Shown here piece after piece: positions 1 through 8,242 of a stretch of 32,000 nt of DNA. Made by a program: the position numbers and the translations under genes. Source of the DNA: Candidatus Kuenenia stuttgartensis (lineage in GTDB: Bacteria; Planctomycetota; Brocadiia; Brocadiales; Brocadiaceae); NCBI RefSeq assembly GCF_900232105.1, contig NZ_LT934425.1, positions 2,010,001 to 2,042,000 of the forward strand. Direction: 5' to 3'. Numbering within the stretch: the first letter of the stretch is position 1; every line of letters starts with the position of its first letter. The notes under the pieces are model-generated. The model did not search any database. It worked only from the letters and a program-made list of their open reading frames with translations, and had not been told where the DNA came from.

Positions 1-1
1 C

Positions 2-487
2 CACATAGCGCCAGACCCAAAAGAAGTGGCAGGAAGATTGGAAAAAATGCTTGCCGGATATAACGCCGCCAGCCATGAAAATATTATAAAACGTATTGCG
101 CGGCTGCATCTTACCTTTGAACACACCCACCCGTTTGTTGATGGCAATGGCCGTATCGGAAGGGTAATAAATAACTATTTGCTTATACGGGAAGGCTTTG
201 TGCCGATGAATATTAAATTCATTGACAGGAAGATGTATTACGAGGCGTTTAAGGAGTTTGACGAAAAAGGCACTGCCAAAATCATGGAGGAAATAGTCGG
301 CAAAGCGCTTACGAATAGTTATCACAAGAGACTTGCGTATCTGGAAGGAGCACACATTATGACGCTTGCTGAATATGCAAAAAAGCATAAAGTATCGCAC
401 TCTAATTTGATAAATAAAGCACATCGCCAAACTATAGAAGCCTTTTTTGAAAAAGGCGTTTGGAAGATTGGAGATTACAAACCATGA
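2..487 (+). CDS. Fic/DOC family protein, C-terminal portion (5' end lies left of the window)
   Basis: The frame stays open from the window edge through the tracked GTG at 26. Canonical Fic active-site motif HPFVDGNGRIGR. HTH-like C-terminal tail. The stop overlaps the next start (ATGA at 484-487). Confidence 0.85.
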   Translation, partial: HIAPDPKEVAGRLEKMLAGYNAASHENIIKRIARLHLTFEHTHPFVDGNGRIGRVINNYLLIREGFVPMNIKFIDRKMYYEAFKEFDEKGTAKIMEEIVGKALTNSYHKRLAYLEGAHIMTLAEYAKKHKVSHSNLINKAHRQTIEAFFEKGVWKIGDYKP

Positions 488-1920
488 ACGAAGCGGAACA
501 CCCCTATTCAAAGATAAAAGCCATTATCAAGCAGGGCAAAGGGTTGACCGTTGAGTTCAAGGAGTGTAATACCGCCCTCAACAAAGATATTTACGAGACG
601 GTGTGCGCCTTCCTGAACCGCTTCGGCGGCGAGCTTCTGCTTGGCGTTAGAGATGACGGCGTGATAACCGGTATAGTCCCTGAGTGCCTCCACCAGATCA
701 AAAATGATTTTACGACAGCCGTCAATAATCCACAGAAAATCAGCCCGTCGTTTTATCTCTCAATGGATGAGGCCGTAATCGACGGGAAAACCATTCTCTC
801 CATTTACATCCCCGAAAGCTCCCAGGTTCACCGCTGTAACGGGAAAATATACGACCGGAATGAAGACGGTGATTTCAATATCACGGACAACCACAACCTT
901 GTATCCGCACTTTACCTGCGAAAGCAGATCGGCTACTCAGAAAACACTATTTACCCATATACTGAACTTGCCGATCTGCGGCCTGATGTTATAGCAAGAG
1001 TTCGAAAAATGGCTTTGCTCCAGTCGGAAAACCACCCATGGGGCGCTATGAGTGACCTTGACCTTTTGAGAAGCGTTCAGTTGTATAGGAAGGATTTTCA
1101 AACCGGGAAAGACGGTTTTACGCTTGCCGCAATACTGCTCTTTGGAAAAGACGAGACCATTCTATCGGTAGTGCCGCATTTCAGAATCGATGCCATTCTG
1201 AGACGGGACAACATCGACCGTTATGACGACCGTGACGATATCCGCACGAATCTCATCGAAAGTTATGACCGCCTGCTACGATTTGGAGAGAAACATCTGA
1301 ACGATCCGTTTTATCTGGAAAATGGCCAGAGGATAAGCCTGCGCGGCCATATTTTACGGGAAGTAATCAGCAATATCCTTATCCACCGCGAGTATGCCAA
1401 TGCGTTTCCAGCGAAGTTCGTCATTGATAGAGAAAAACTTTTCACGGAGAACAGCAATAAACCTCACGGGTATGGCATGATTGATCCGTCACATTTTACG
1501 CCCTATCCAAAAAATCCTTCTATTGCGCGATTATTCAGGGAAATTGGACGGGCGGATGAGCTTGGGTCTGGTGTTAGGAATCTGTTTAAGTATTGCAAGG
1601 CCTATTGCGGCCACGATCCGCAACTCATAGAACAGGATATTTTCAAATTCATCCTGCCGCTTACCGGGGAAGCTACCCCTCAAGCTACCCCCCAAGCTAC
1701 AGGGGAAGACGAACGGACAAAAAAAATAATGAATTACTGTCTTAACCCAAGAACAAGAGAGGAAATACAGGAGTTTACCGGTTACAAAGACAGAAAACAT
1801 TTTCGTTTAGAAATCTTACAGCCGCTTCTTGATAAGGGCTTGCTGCACCCGACTATACCCGATAAACTGACAAGCCCGAAACAGAAGTATTACTCTGCAA
1901 AGAAACGAGAGAACCTATGA
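484..1920 (+). CDS. AlbA_2 (Schlafen-like) + HATPase_c_4 putative DNA-binding regulator (family often auto-annotated as RecG-like ATP-dependent DNA helicase)
   Basis: N-terminal LTVEFKE...FLNRFGGELLLGVRDDGVITGI fits the AlbA_2 pattern. C-terminal HREYANAFP...NPSIARLFREIGRADELGSGVRNL fits the HATPase_c_4 pattern. ATG 484 is preferred over the tracked 460 because of the ATGA coupling to fic. The stop is again in an ATGA overlap (1917-1920). Confidence 0.75.
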   Translation: MNEAEHPYSKIKAIIKQGKGLTVEFKECNTALNKDIYETVCAFLNRFGGELLLGVRDDGVITGIVPECLHQIKNDFTTAVNNPQKISPSFYLSMDEAVIDGKTILSIYIPESSQVHRCNGKIYDRNEDGDFNITDNHNLVSALYLRKQIGYSENTIYPYTELADLRPDVIARVRKMALLQSENHPWGAMSDLDLLRSVQLYRKDFQTGKDGFTLAAILLFGKDETILSVVPHFRIDAILRRDNIDRYDDRDDIRTNLIESYDRLLRFGEKHLNDPFYLENGQRISLRGHILREVISNILIHREYANAFPAKFVIDREKLFTENSNKPHGYGMIDPSHFTPYPKNPSIARLFREIGRADELGSGVRNLFKYCKAYCGHDPQLIEQDIFKFILPLTGEATPQATPQATGEDERTKKIMNYCLNPRTREEIQEFTGYKDRKHFRLEILQPLLDKGLLHPTIPDKLTSPKQKYYSAKKRENL

Positions 1921-3930
1921 ACGAAGCGGAAACCAGAGCGGAACTGATTGACCCGAAGCTCAAAGAAAGCGGCCGGGGCGTGGTGGACGGGTCAAAAATA
2001 TTGCGTGAATACAATATCACTGCCGGCAAAATCCAGACCGGCGGCGGGCGTGCCAAGCCGTTGATTGCCGATTATGTGCTGGTGTATCAGGGGCGCAAAC
2101 TGGCCGTTGTCGAAGCCAAGAGCGATGAGTTTGTCGTGGGCAAAGGGTGGCGCAGGCCAAGAACTACGCCGAAAAGTTAAAATTGGATACTACCTTTGCC
2201 AGCAACGGTAAAGAGATTTATCAAATCTGCATGAAAACCGGCGGAGAAGGTTTGGTTGCTGGTTTTCCCGCACCGGATGAACTCTGGAATAAAACCTTCG
2301 CCACGCAAAATCGGTGGCGGGACAAGTTTAATCAGGTGCCGTTTGAGGATGTGGGCGGCACGAAGAGTGTGCGCTACTACCAGGAAATCGCGGTCAACAA
2401 TACCATGGCCGCTATTGCCGAAGATAAACAGCGTATTTTGCTCACCATGGCGACAGGTACCGGAAAAACCTTTATTGTCTTTCAGATTGCGTGGAAGCTG
2501 TTTCAGACTCGCTGGAACTTAAAGCGCGACGGTTCGCGCAGGCCGCGGATTTTGTTTTTGGCTGATAGAAATATTTTGGCGGATCAGGCGTTTAACGCAT
2601 TTTCCGTTTTCCCTGAAGATGCGTTGGTGCGGATTAACCCTAAAGAAATCAGCAAAAAAGGCGGTGTGCCCACCAACGGCAGCATTTTCTTTACCATCTT
2701 CCAGACCTTCATGAGCGGGGGTTCGACAGGCTCAGGGCAGGCTCCTTCGGCAGGCTCACCACATCGACCTGTCGAAGGGTGTTTTGGCGAATATCCTCCA
2801 AACTATTTTGATTTCATTATCATCGACGAGTGCCATCGCGGCGGGGCGAACAACGAAGGCAACTGGCGCGGCATCATGGAATACTTTTCTCCTGCGGTTC
2901 AGCTTGGTTTAGCCGCAACGCCCAAACGCGAAGATAATGCGGATACCTACAAATATTTCGGAGAGCCGGTGTATATCTATTCGCTCAAAGAGGGCATCAA
3001 CGACGGCTTTCTGACGCTGTTCAAGGTAAAGCGGATCAAGACCACGCTGGACGATTATATTTATACCTCGGATGATCAGATTATTGAAGGTGAAATAGAA
3101 GAAGGCAAAATTTACACAGAACCAGACTTTAATAAGATTATCGAGATTAAAGAGCACGAAGCCAGGTGGGTGCAAATATTTCTCTCGGAAATCAATCAGA
3201 ACGAAAAGGCTATTGTTTTCTGCGCTACCCAGGACCATGCGCTGGCAGTGCGCGATTTGGTCAATCAATTCAAAAAGAGCAAGGAACCAAATTACTGCGC
3301 CCGTGTTACCGCCAATGATGGCGCGATGGGTAAACAGTATTTGCGCGAGTTTCAGGATAATGAAAAGACTATCCCGACTATTCTGACTACCTCGCAAAAG
3401 CTATCTACCGGTGTGGATGCCTGTAATATCCGCAATATTATCCTCATGCGTCCGGTCGATTCTATGATCGAGTTTAAGCAGATTGTGGGGCGCGGCACAC
3501 GGCTATTTGATGGGAAAGAGTTTTTCACAATCTATGATTTTGTCGATGCCTACCATCATTTTGCCGACCCTGAATGGGATGGCGAGCCTGTTGTTGATGA
3601 TTCCTGCCCTAAGTGCGGCTACAGTCCGTGTACCTGTGTAAAAAAACCGCAGGGACATTGTCCGGAATGTGGTGAACGGCCTTGTATCTGTATAAAAGAA
3701 CCGACCGAACCCTGTTCTGTTTGTGGAAATGCCCCATGCATCTGTAACAGGAAACAAAAGGTAAAAATCAAACTGCGCGATGGTAAGGAGCGCGAAATTC
3801 AGCATATGATAGCCACTTCATTTTGGAGCGCCGAGGGAAGGCCGATCTCTGCAGAAGAGTTTTTACAGAATATGTTTGGAAAGCTGCCGGTTTCAAAGAG
3901 GTCAATTGTTCCGAACTATTACGTATATTT
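1917..3930 (+). pseudogene. hsdR: Type I restriction enzyme R subunit (HsdR, EcoEI-like), disrupted by a frameshift and a 3' truncation
   Basis: N-terminus MNEAETRAELIDPKL; helicase motifs MATGTGKT, DECHRG, LGLAATP, QIVGRGTR. The tracked ORFs 1917-2180 and 2147-4150 are one gene split at G-run 2145-2147; adding one G reads ...VGKGVAQAKNYAEKL. HsdR-like sequence ends near 3890-3930, right at the argC stop. The tracked ORF tail to 4150 is antisense to argC. The usual C-terminal EcoEI_R_C-type domain is absent. Confidence 0.8.
2721..2778. repeat. Small palindromic repeat-like insertion inside hsdR, read in frame as STGSGQAPSAGSPHRPVEG
   Basis: Perfect 9-bp terminal inverted repeat ttcgacagg (2722-2730) / cctgtcgaa (2768-2776). 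Three internal direct copies of caggctc (2727, 2738, 2751). It lies in the variable loop just upstream of the DECH box. Confidence 0.4.
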
Positions 3931-3933
3931 TAT

Positions 3934-4965
3934 CTATTTCAATCCAGTTTCTTCTTTAAATCCGCACATTACATTCATATTTTGTACTGCCTGGCCTGCG
4001 GCGCCCTTGATTAAATTATCGATGGCAGAAAGAATCACTATCCTTTTTTCTGTTACCTTTACCGCAATATCGCAGAAGTTTGTGTGGCTTACGTCTTTTG
4101 TTTTCGGCAGGGTGTTGTTTTCTTTTAAGCGGATAAAGGGTTCTTTTTGATAAAATTCCCTATAGATATTCAATGCTGCCTCATCGTTCAGAGCTGAAGC
4201 GCCTGTCCTTATTTTGGGGTTGCAGTAAATAGTGCATAATATGCCTCTGTTCATGGGGATGAGGTGGGGAACAAACTGGATGGATACGGATTTGCCGGTT
4301 TGGGTGGATAGTATATGTTCTATTTCAGGACTGTGGCGATGGCCGCCCACAGCGTATGCCTCGGTATTTTCGTTGCATTCGCAGTAGTGTGTGTCTTCCC
4401 GTGCTTCTCGTCCTTTCCCGGAAACGCCCGACTTTGCATCCACAATGATATCATCGGGTTCTATAAGACCTTTCGCAAGCAATGGCGCTAATGCCAGTAT
4501 GGTTGCGGTAGTGTAGCATCCAGGATTTGCCGTTAATTGAGTATTTTTAATTTTATCGCGAAAAAGCTCCGGCAGGCCGTAGACGGCTTTTGTTATGCCG
4601 GTGCTATCGGTATGCCGGGCCTTATACCATTTTTCATACAACGCGCTATCCTGAAACCGGTAATCAGCACTGAAGTCTATTGCCTTTATTCCTTTCTGAA
4701 TAAAATGCGGCACATATTTCATTGAAATCGTGGGCGGCAGGGTAATAAAGGCAACATCCAGGTTATCAGGGACTTCTTTTTCCTGAATACTATTGCAAGG
4801 CAATTCGATTTGACCTTGCAATGAAGGAAATATATCGGAAATTTTAGGACGGTCTGTTCTCCTCACACCGAGAAAGGAAATTTTCACTTCCGGATGGCGA
4901 AGAAGGATTTTGATGAGTTCAAGGCTGGTGTAAGCAGTAGCACCAATAATTCCAATGTTTAACAT
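3934..4965 (-). CDS. argC: N-acetyl-gamma-glutamyl-phosphate reductase
   Basis: MLNIGIIGATAYTSLELIKIL NAD-binding N-terminus and catalytic-Cys motif NPGCYTTA. ATG at 4965 is preceded by GGGAGA; the tracked TTG at 4983 was rejected. Confidence 0.92.
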   Translation of the reverse strand: MLNIGIIGATAYTSLELIKILLRHPEVKISFLGVRRTDRPKISDIFPSLQGQIELPCNSIQEKEVPDNLDVAFITLPPTISMKYVPHFIQKGIKAIDFSADYRFQDSALYEKWYKARHTDSTGITKAVYGLPELFRDKIKNTQLTANPGCYTTATILALAPLLAKGLIEPDDIIVDAKSGVSGKGREAREDTHYCECNENTEAYAVGGHRHSPEIEHILSTQTGKSVSIQFVPHLIPMNRGILCTIYCNPKIRTGASALNDEAALNIYREFYQKEPFIRLKENNTLPKTKDVSHTNFCDIAVKVTEKRIVILSAIDNLIKGAAGQAVQNMNVMCGFKEETGLK

Positions 4966-4996
4966 AGCTGTATCTCCCTGCAAGAACGAAAACAGT

Positions 4997-5072
4997 CATT
5001 GGCATTGGTCAACCGCCAACCGCCAACTGCCGATTGCTGACTGTGGATTGTGGATTGTGGACTGTAGATTGC
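4997..5072. repeat. Tandem heptanucleotide array (STRR-like): 2 x cattgg then 9 heptads caaccgc caaccgc caactgc cgattgc tgactgt ggattgt ggattgt ggactgt agattgc
   Basis: Parsed by hand: 9 contiguous 7-nt units at 5010-5072. Located between the lon stop and the argC start. Confidence 0.85.
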
Positions 5073-5139
5073 CTATGCCTGTTTTTAAGTATTATTCGCT
5101 CCATAAAGAATAGACTTCCTCAAATCCTGCTAATAAACT

Positions 5140-7557
5140 TTATCCTTTTTTTGGCTCTTCTGCGCCGAAAACAATTGGCAGCATTTCATCTACCCTTTCT
5201 ACAAATGCGAAATTCAATCTTTTTTTTGCATTTTCAGGAACTTCGGTTAAATCTTTCTCATTTCTCTTCGGTAAGACAACCGTTGTAATCCCTGCCCTCT
5301 TGGCTGCCAGTACCTTTTCTTTTATGCCTCCAACGGGTAGAACCCTTCCGCGCAGCGTGATTTCGCCCGTCATTGCCACATTAGAGAGGATTGGCGTCCC
5401 TTTCAAAAGTGAGATAAGCGCCATAGCCATTGTTACTCCGGCAGAAGGTCCGTCTTTTGGAATAGCTCCCGCAGGAACATGAATGTGAAAGTCGTATTTA
5501 TCAAAATCCTTAAATGAAATCTTCAGGCTTTCGAGTTTTGACCTGATATAGCTCATTGCTGCCTGGGCAGATTCTTTCATAATATCCCCTAAACATCCGG
5601 TCAGGGTGAGTTTCCCAGTGCCTGGCATAAAAGTCGCCTCAATAAAAAGTATGTCTCCGCCGGCCTGCGTCCACGCGAGACCGGTGGCAACTCCGGCGTC
5701 AGTGGTTCGTTCCGCCGCCTCAGAGAAAAACTTGATTGGCCCTAGAAGCGTATTTAATTGTTCCGCATTTATGGTTACCGACGTCTCTTCTCCGGAAGCG
5801 ATTTTCTTCGCCGTTTTCCTGCAAAGGTGTGCGATTTCACGCTCCAGGTTTCTCAATCCTGCCTCCCGTGTGTAATCAGTGATTACCATCTTTATTGCAT
5901 CGTCTGTAATCGTTAGCTGCTCCTCCTTGAGGCCGTGGGCTTTTAGCTGCTTGGGAAGGATGAATTTTTTCACGATGGATATTTTTTCTTCCGCAGTATA
6001 TCCTGAAAGTTCCAACACCTCCATACGATCTTTCAGTGCAGGCGGTACCGTATCTAATATGTTTGCGGTGGTGATAAACATTACATTTGAAAGGTCAAAC
6101 GCTACGTCGAGATAATGGTCGGAAAAGGCATGGTTTTGTTCAGGGTCAAGCACTTCCAGCAAGGCGGCTGAGGGGTCTCCGCGGAAATCAGCGCCAAGTT
6201 TGTCAATTTCGTCCAGCATGAATACCGGATTGTTTGATTCCGCCTTTTTCAGTCCCTGTATGATCCTGCCCGGCAATGCACCGATATATGTGCGCCTGTG
6301 ACCCCTTATCTCCGCCTCGTCTCTTACTCCGCCCAGGGACATACGGACAAATTTCCTGCCCATCGAACGTGCAATTGACATCCCAACAGAGGTTTTCCCT
6401 GTGCCGGGCGGTCCGACAAAGCACAAGATCGGCCCCTTCATATCATCCTTGAGTTTCCTTACCGCAAGATATTCAAGGATCCGTTCCTTTAATTTTTCTA
6501 AATCGTAGTGATCTTCATCCAATATTGTGCTTGCCGTTTTAATATCCAGTTGGTCTTTTGTAGAAACCGACCATGGAAGGGCAATCAACAGATCCAGGTA
6601 TGTCCTTGAAACCGTATATTCCGCCGAAGCAGAATGCATTTTTGCAAGCCGTTCAAGCTCTCGTTCGGCCTCTTTTTTTGCTTCGGCAGGCATTTTGGCA
6701 TTTTCGATTTTTTCCTTTAATTCTTTTATCTCCATTGAACGTTCGTCGCCTTCGCCCAGTTCATCCTGAATCGCCTTTAGCTGCTGCCTCAGATAATATT
6801 CCTTCTGTCCCTTTTCCATTTCGTTCCTTACCTGAGACTGGATTTTTGTAGCCATTTCCAGGACTTCCAATTCGCTGGCAATCAGTGTAGTAACTTTTTG
6901 CAAACGCAATTTTACGTTTGCCAGTTCAAGCACCTTTTGTTTTTCCGCCACGCTAACATTTAAATGCGAAGTAATAAGATCCGCTAAACGGCTGGGATTT
7001 TCAATATTAACGACAGCTATCTTCAATTCTTCGGGCAGTGATGGCATCATGGAGATCATGTGCGCAAATTGGTCCGCCGCATTTCTTGCCAGTGCCTCTG
7101 TCTCTCTATCGTCTTCAATGATATCTTCGATAGCGCTGATTTTTGCTTTAAAATAAGGATCGGATTGAACGTATTCCCCGATTTTTACCCTGCGAAGTCC
7201 CTGGACAAGCATTTTTGCAGAATTATCGGGCATGCGCAGCATTTGAAGAACGACAGCCGCCGTGGCGCACTCATAGATATCGGATTGTTTTAGCACTTTA
7301 ATATCTTTATCTTTCTGCGCGGTCAGGGTCAGGAATCGGTTCCCGGCTAAAACATCGTTCAGGAGTTTAATATCCCTATCGGTATAAACGCTTAACGCCG
7401 CGACCATTCCCGGGAATACAACGGTGTCTTTCACTGGAAGCACAGGGGTTTCATGTGGTATTTTTATTCTTTCTATTTTGTCCTGTACTTCTTCTTCAAC
7501 CGTAAGTACAGGATGCTCCTGGTCTTCGCCATGGTTATTATTTTCGCTATTTGTCAT
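5140..7557 (-). CDS. lon: ATP-dependent Lon protease (La)
   Basis: 805 aa. Lon N-terminal domain, Walker A GPPGTGKTS, catalytic-serine motif PKDGPSAGV. Confidence 0.97.
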   Translation of the reverse strand: MTNSENNNHGEDQEHPVLTVEEEVQDKIERIKIPHETPVLPVKDTVVFPGMVAALSVYTDRDIKLLNDVLAGNRFLTLTAQKDKDIKVLKQSDIYECATAAVVLQMLRMPDNSAKMLVQGLRRVKIGEYVQSDPYFKAKISAIEDIIEDDRETEALARNAADQFAHMISMMPSLPEELKIAVVNIENPSRLADLITSHLNVSVAEKQKVLELANVKLRLQKVTTLIASELEVLEMATKIQSQVRNEMEKGQKEYYLRQQLKAIQDELGEGDERSMEIKELKEKIENAKMPAEAKKEAERELERLAKMHSASAEYTVSRTYLDLLIALPWSVSTKDQLDIKTASTILDEDHYDLEKLKERILEYLAVRKLKDDMKGPILCFVGPPGTGKTSVGMSIARSMGRKFVRMSLGGVRDEAEIRGHRRTYIGALPGRIIQGLKKAESNNPVFMLDEIDKLGADFRGDPSAALLEVLDPEQNHAFSDHYLDVAFDLSNVMFITTANILDTVPPALKDRMEVLELSGYTAEEKISIVKKFILPKQLKAHGLKEEQLTITDDAIKMVITDYTREAGLRNLEREIAHLCRKTAKKIASGEETSVTINAEQLNTLLGPIKFFSEAAERTTDAGVATGLAWTQAGGDILFIEATFMPGTGKLTLTGCLGDIMKESAQAAMSYIRSKLESLKISFKDFDKYDFHIHVPAGAIPKDGPSAGVTMAMALISLLKGTPILSNVAMTGEITLRGRVLPVGGIKEKVLAAKRAGITTVVLPKRNEKDLTEVPENAKKRLNFAFVERVDEMLPIVFGAEEPKKG

Positions 7558-7595
7558 GTTGTGTATTGTTTCCTCTCCGGCAATACAGGGAATGG

Positions 7596-8048
7596 TTAAA
7601 GGTTAATTTTTATGGCAAATGCTTCCGGCTCTTTTTGCTGAATTTTTGGCAGGATTATTTGTAAAAAACCTTCCTTGTATGAGGCTTTTATATTATTTGT
7701 ATCAACTGGTTTGGGCATATAAAATGCTCTTTCAAAATATCCATACCTGATTTCTACCTGATAGAAACATATCTTTTCGTGAGGTGAGTCGTCAGTTCTG
7801 TGACCAGTTATCGTAAGGGTGTCTTTTGAAAAAGAAACCTGCACATTGTGCGGTTTAGTGCCAGGAATGGCCATTTTTACAATAATGTCTTCAGGTGTTT
7901 CGTAAATATCTGCCTGGGGTTTCCAGGGAGACATTGAATCGAAAGAATATTCTTTCCCGGCAAAAGAAAAAAATTCGCTTAAGATTTGTTCTATCTTATT
8001 TTGTTTTGCATCGGCTTTGTAATAAGTGTCGTTATCATTTGAAATCAT
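7596..8048 (-). CDS. Small heat-shock protein, Hsp20/alpha-crystallin family
   Basis: Alpha-crystallin domain pattern: ADIYETPEDIIVKMAIPG...LTITGHR...GYFERAFYMPKPVD...GFLQIILPK. Start taken at ATG 8048, downstream of GGAGG; tracked TTG 8072 is possible. Only 38 nt upstream of lon, so likely co-transcribed. Confidence 0.85.
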   Translation of the reverse strand: MISNDNDTYYKADAKQNKIEQILSEFFSFAGKEYSFDSMSPWKPQADIYETPEDIIVKMAIPGTKPHNVQVSFSKDTLTITGHRTDDSPHEKICFYQVEIRYGYFERAFYMPKPVDTNNIKASYKEGFLQIILPKIQQKEPEAFAIKINL

Positions 8049-8087
8049 TTTAGAATGAAACCTCCAGGTCAAAAGGAAAACGATGTC

Positions 8088-8116
8088 AATATAACAATTT
8101 TCATTTTCAAGTACAA
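8088..8116 (-). promoter_or_regulatory. Possible sigma70-type promoter of hsp20-lon (TTGTAC-17 nt-TATATT)
   Basis: The minus strand reads TTGTAC (8116-8111), a 17-nt spacer, then TATATT (8093-8088), about 40 nt upstream of the hsp20 ATG. Pattern match only. Confidence 0.25.
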
Positions 8117-8186
8117 GAGAATTTGCAGCATAAGCATCTGCAAAGAAATAATGATAAAACTGGCATTAGCGCCAAATTCTGCCGAA

Positions 8187-8218
8187 ATAAAAAACCCCGC
8201 AAAAGCGGGGTTTTTTGT
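8187..8218 (-). terminator. Rho-independent terminator downstream of groEL
   Basis: Stem ccccgc (8195-8200) / gcgggg (8205-8210), loop aaaa. Flanked by an A-run on one side and a T-run on the other, so there is a U-tract on either strand. Confidence 0.8.
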
Positions 8219-8242
8219 GATGGCGGTAAAAACGTAAAAAAA

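Noticed and set aside
460-483. Tracked start at 460 for the AlbA_2 protein
   Set aside because: ATG 484 forms an ATGA stop/start overlap with fic, and the same junction sequence recurs at hsdR. The upstream 8 codons lie inside fic.
1671-1701. 12-nt tandem repeat agctacccc(t/c)ca x 2.6 inside the AlbA_2 gene (ATPQATPQAT)
   Set aside because: In frame, short, and located in a linker. It is probably a harmless slippage product and not a regulatory or phase-variation feature that I can support.
3931-4150. 3' part of the tracked 667-aa ORF (2147-4150), read as the HsdR C-terminus
   Set aside because: This stretch is the antisense of the well-supported argC gene. Its translation (hydrophobic, low-complexity) has no HsdR character, so it is read-through of a truncated gene.
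8049-8186. Sigma32-type heat-shock promoter (CTTGAAA ... CCCCATNT) upstream of hsp20, and a similar one upstream of groEL
   Set aside because: CTTGAAA is present at 8102-8108 (minus strand), but no CCCCAT-like -10 follows at the right spacing. Only a generic sigma70-like pair could be proposed, at low confidence.
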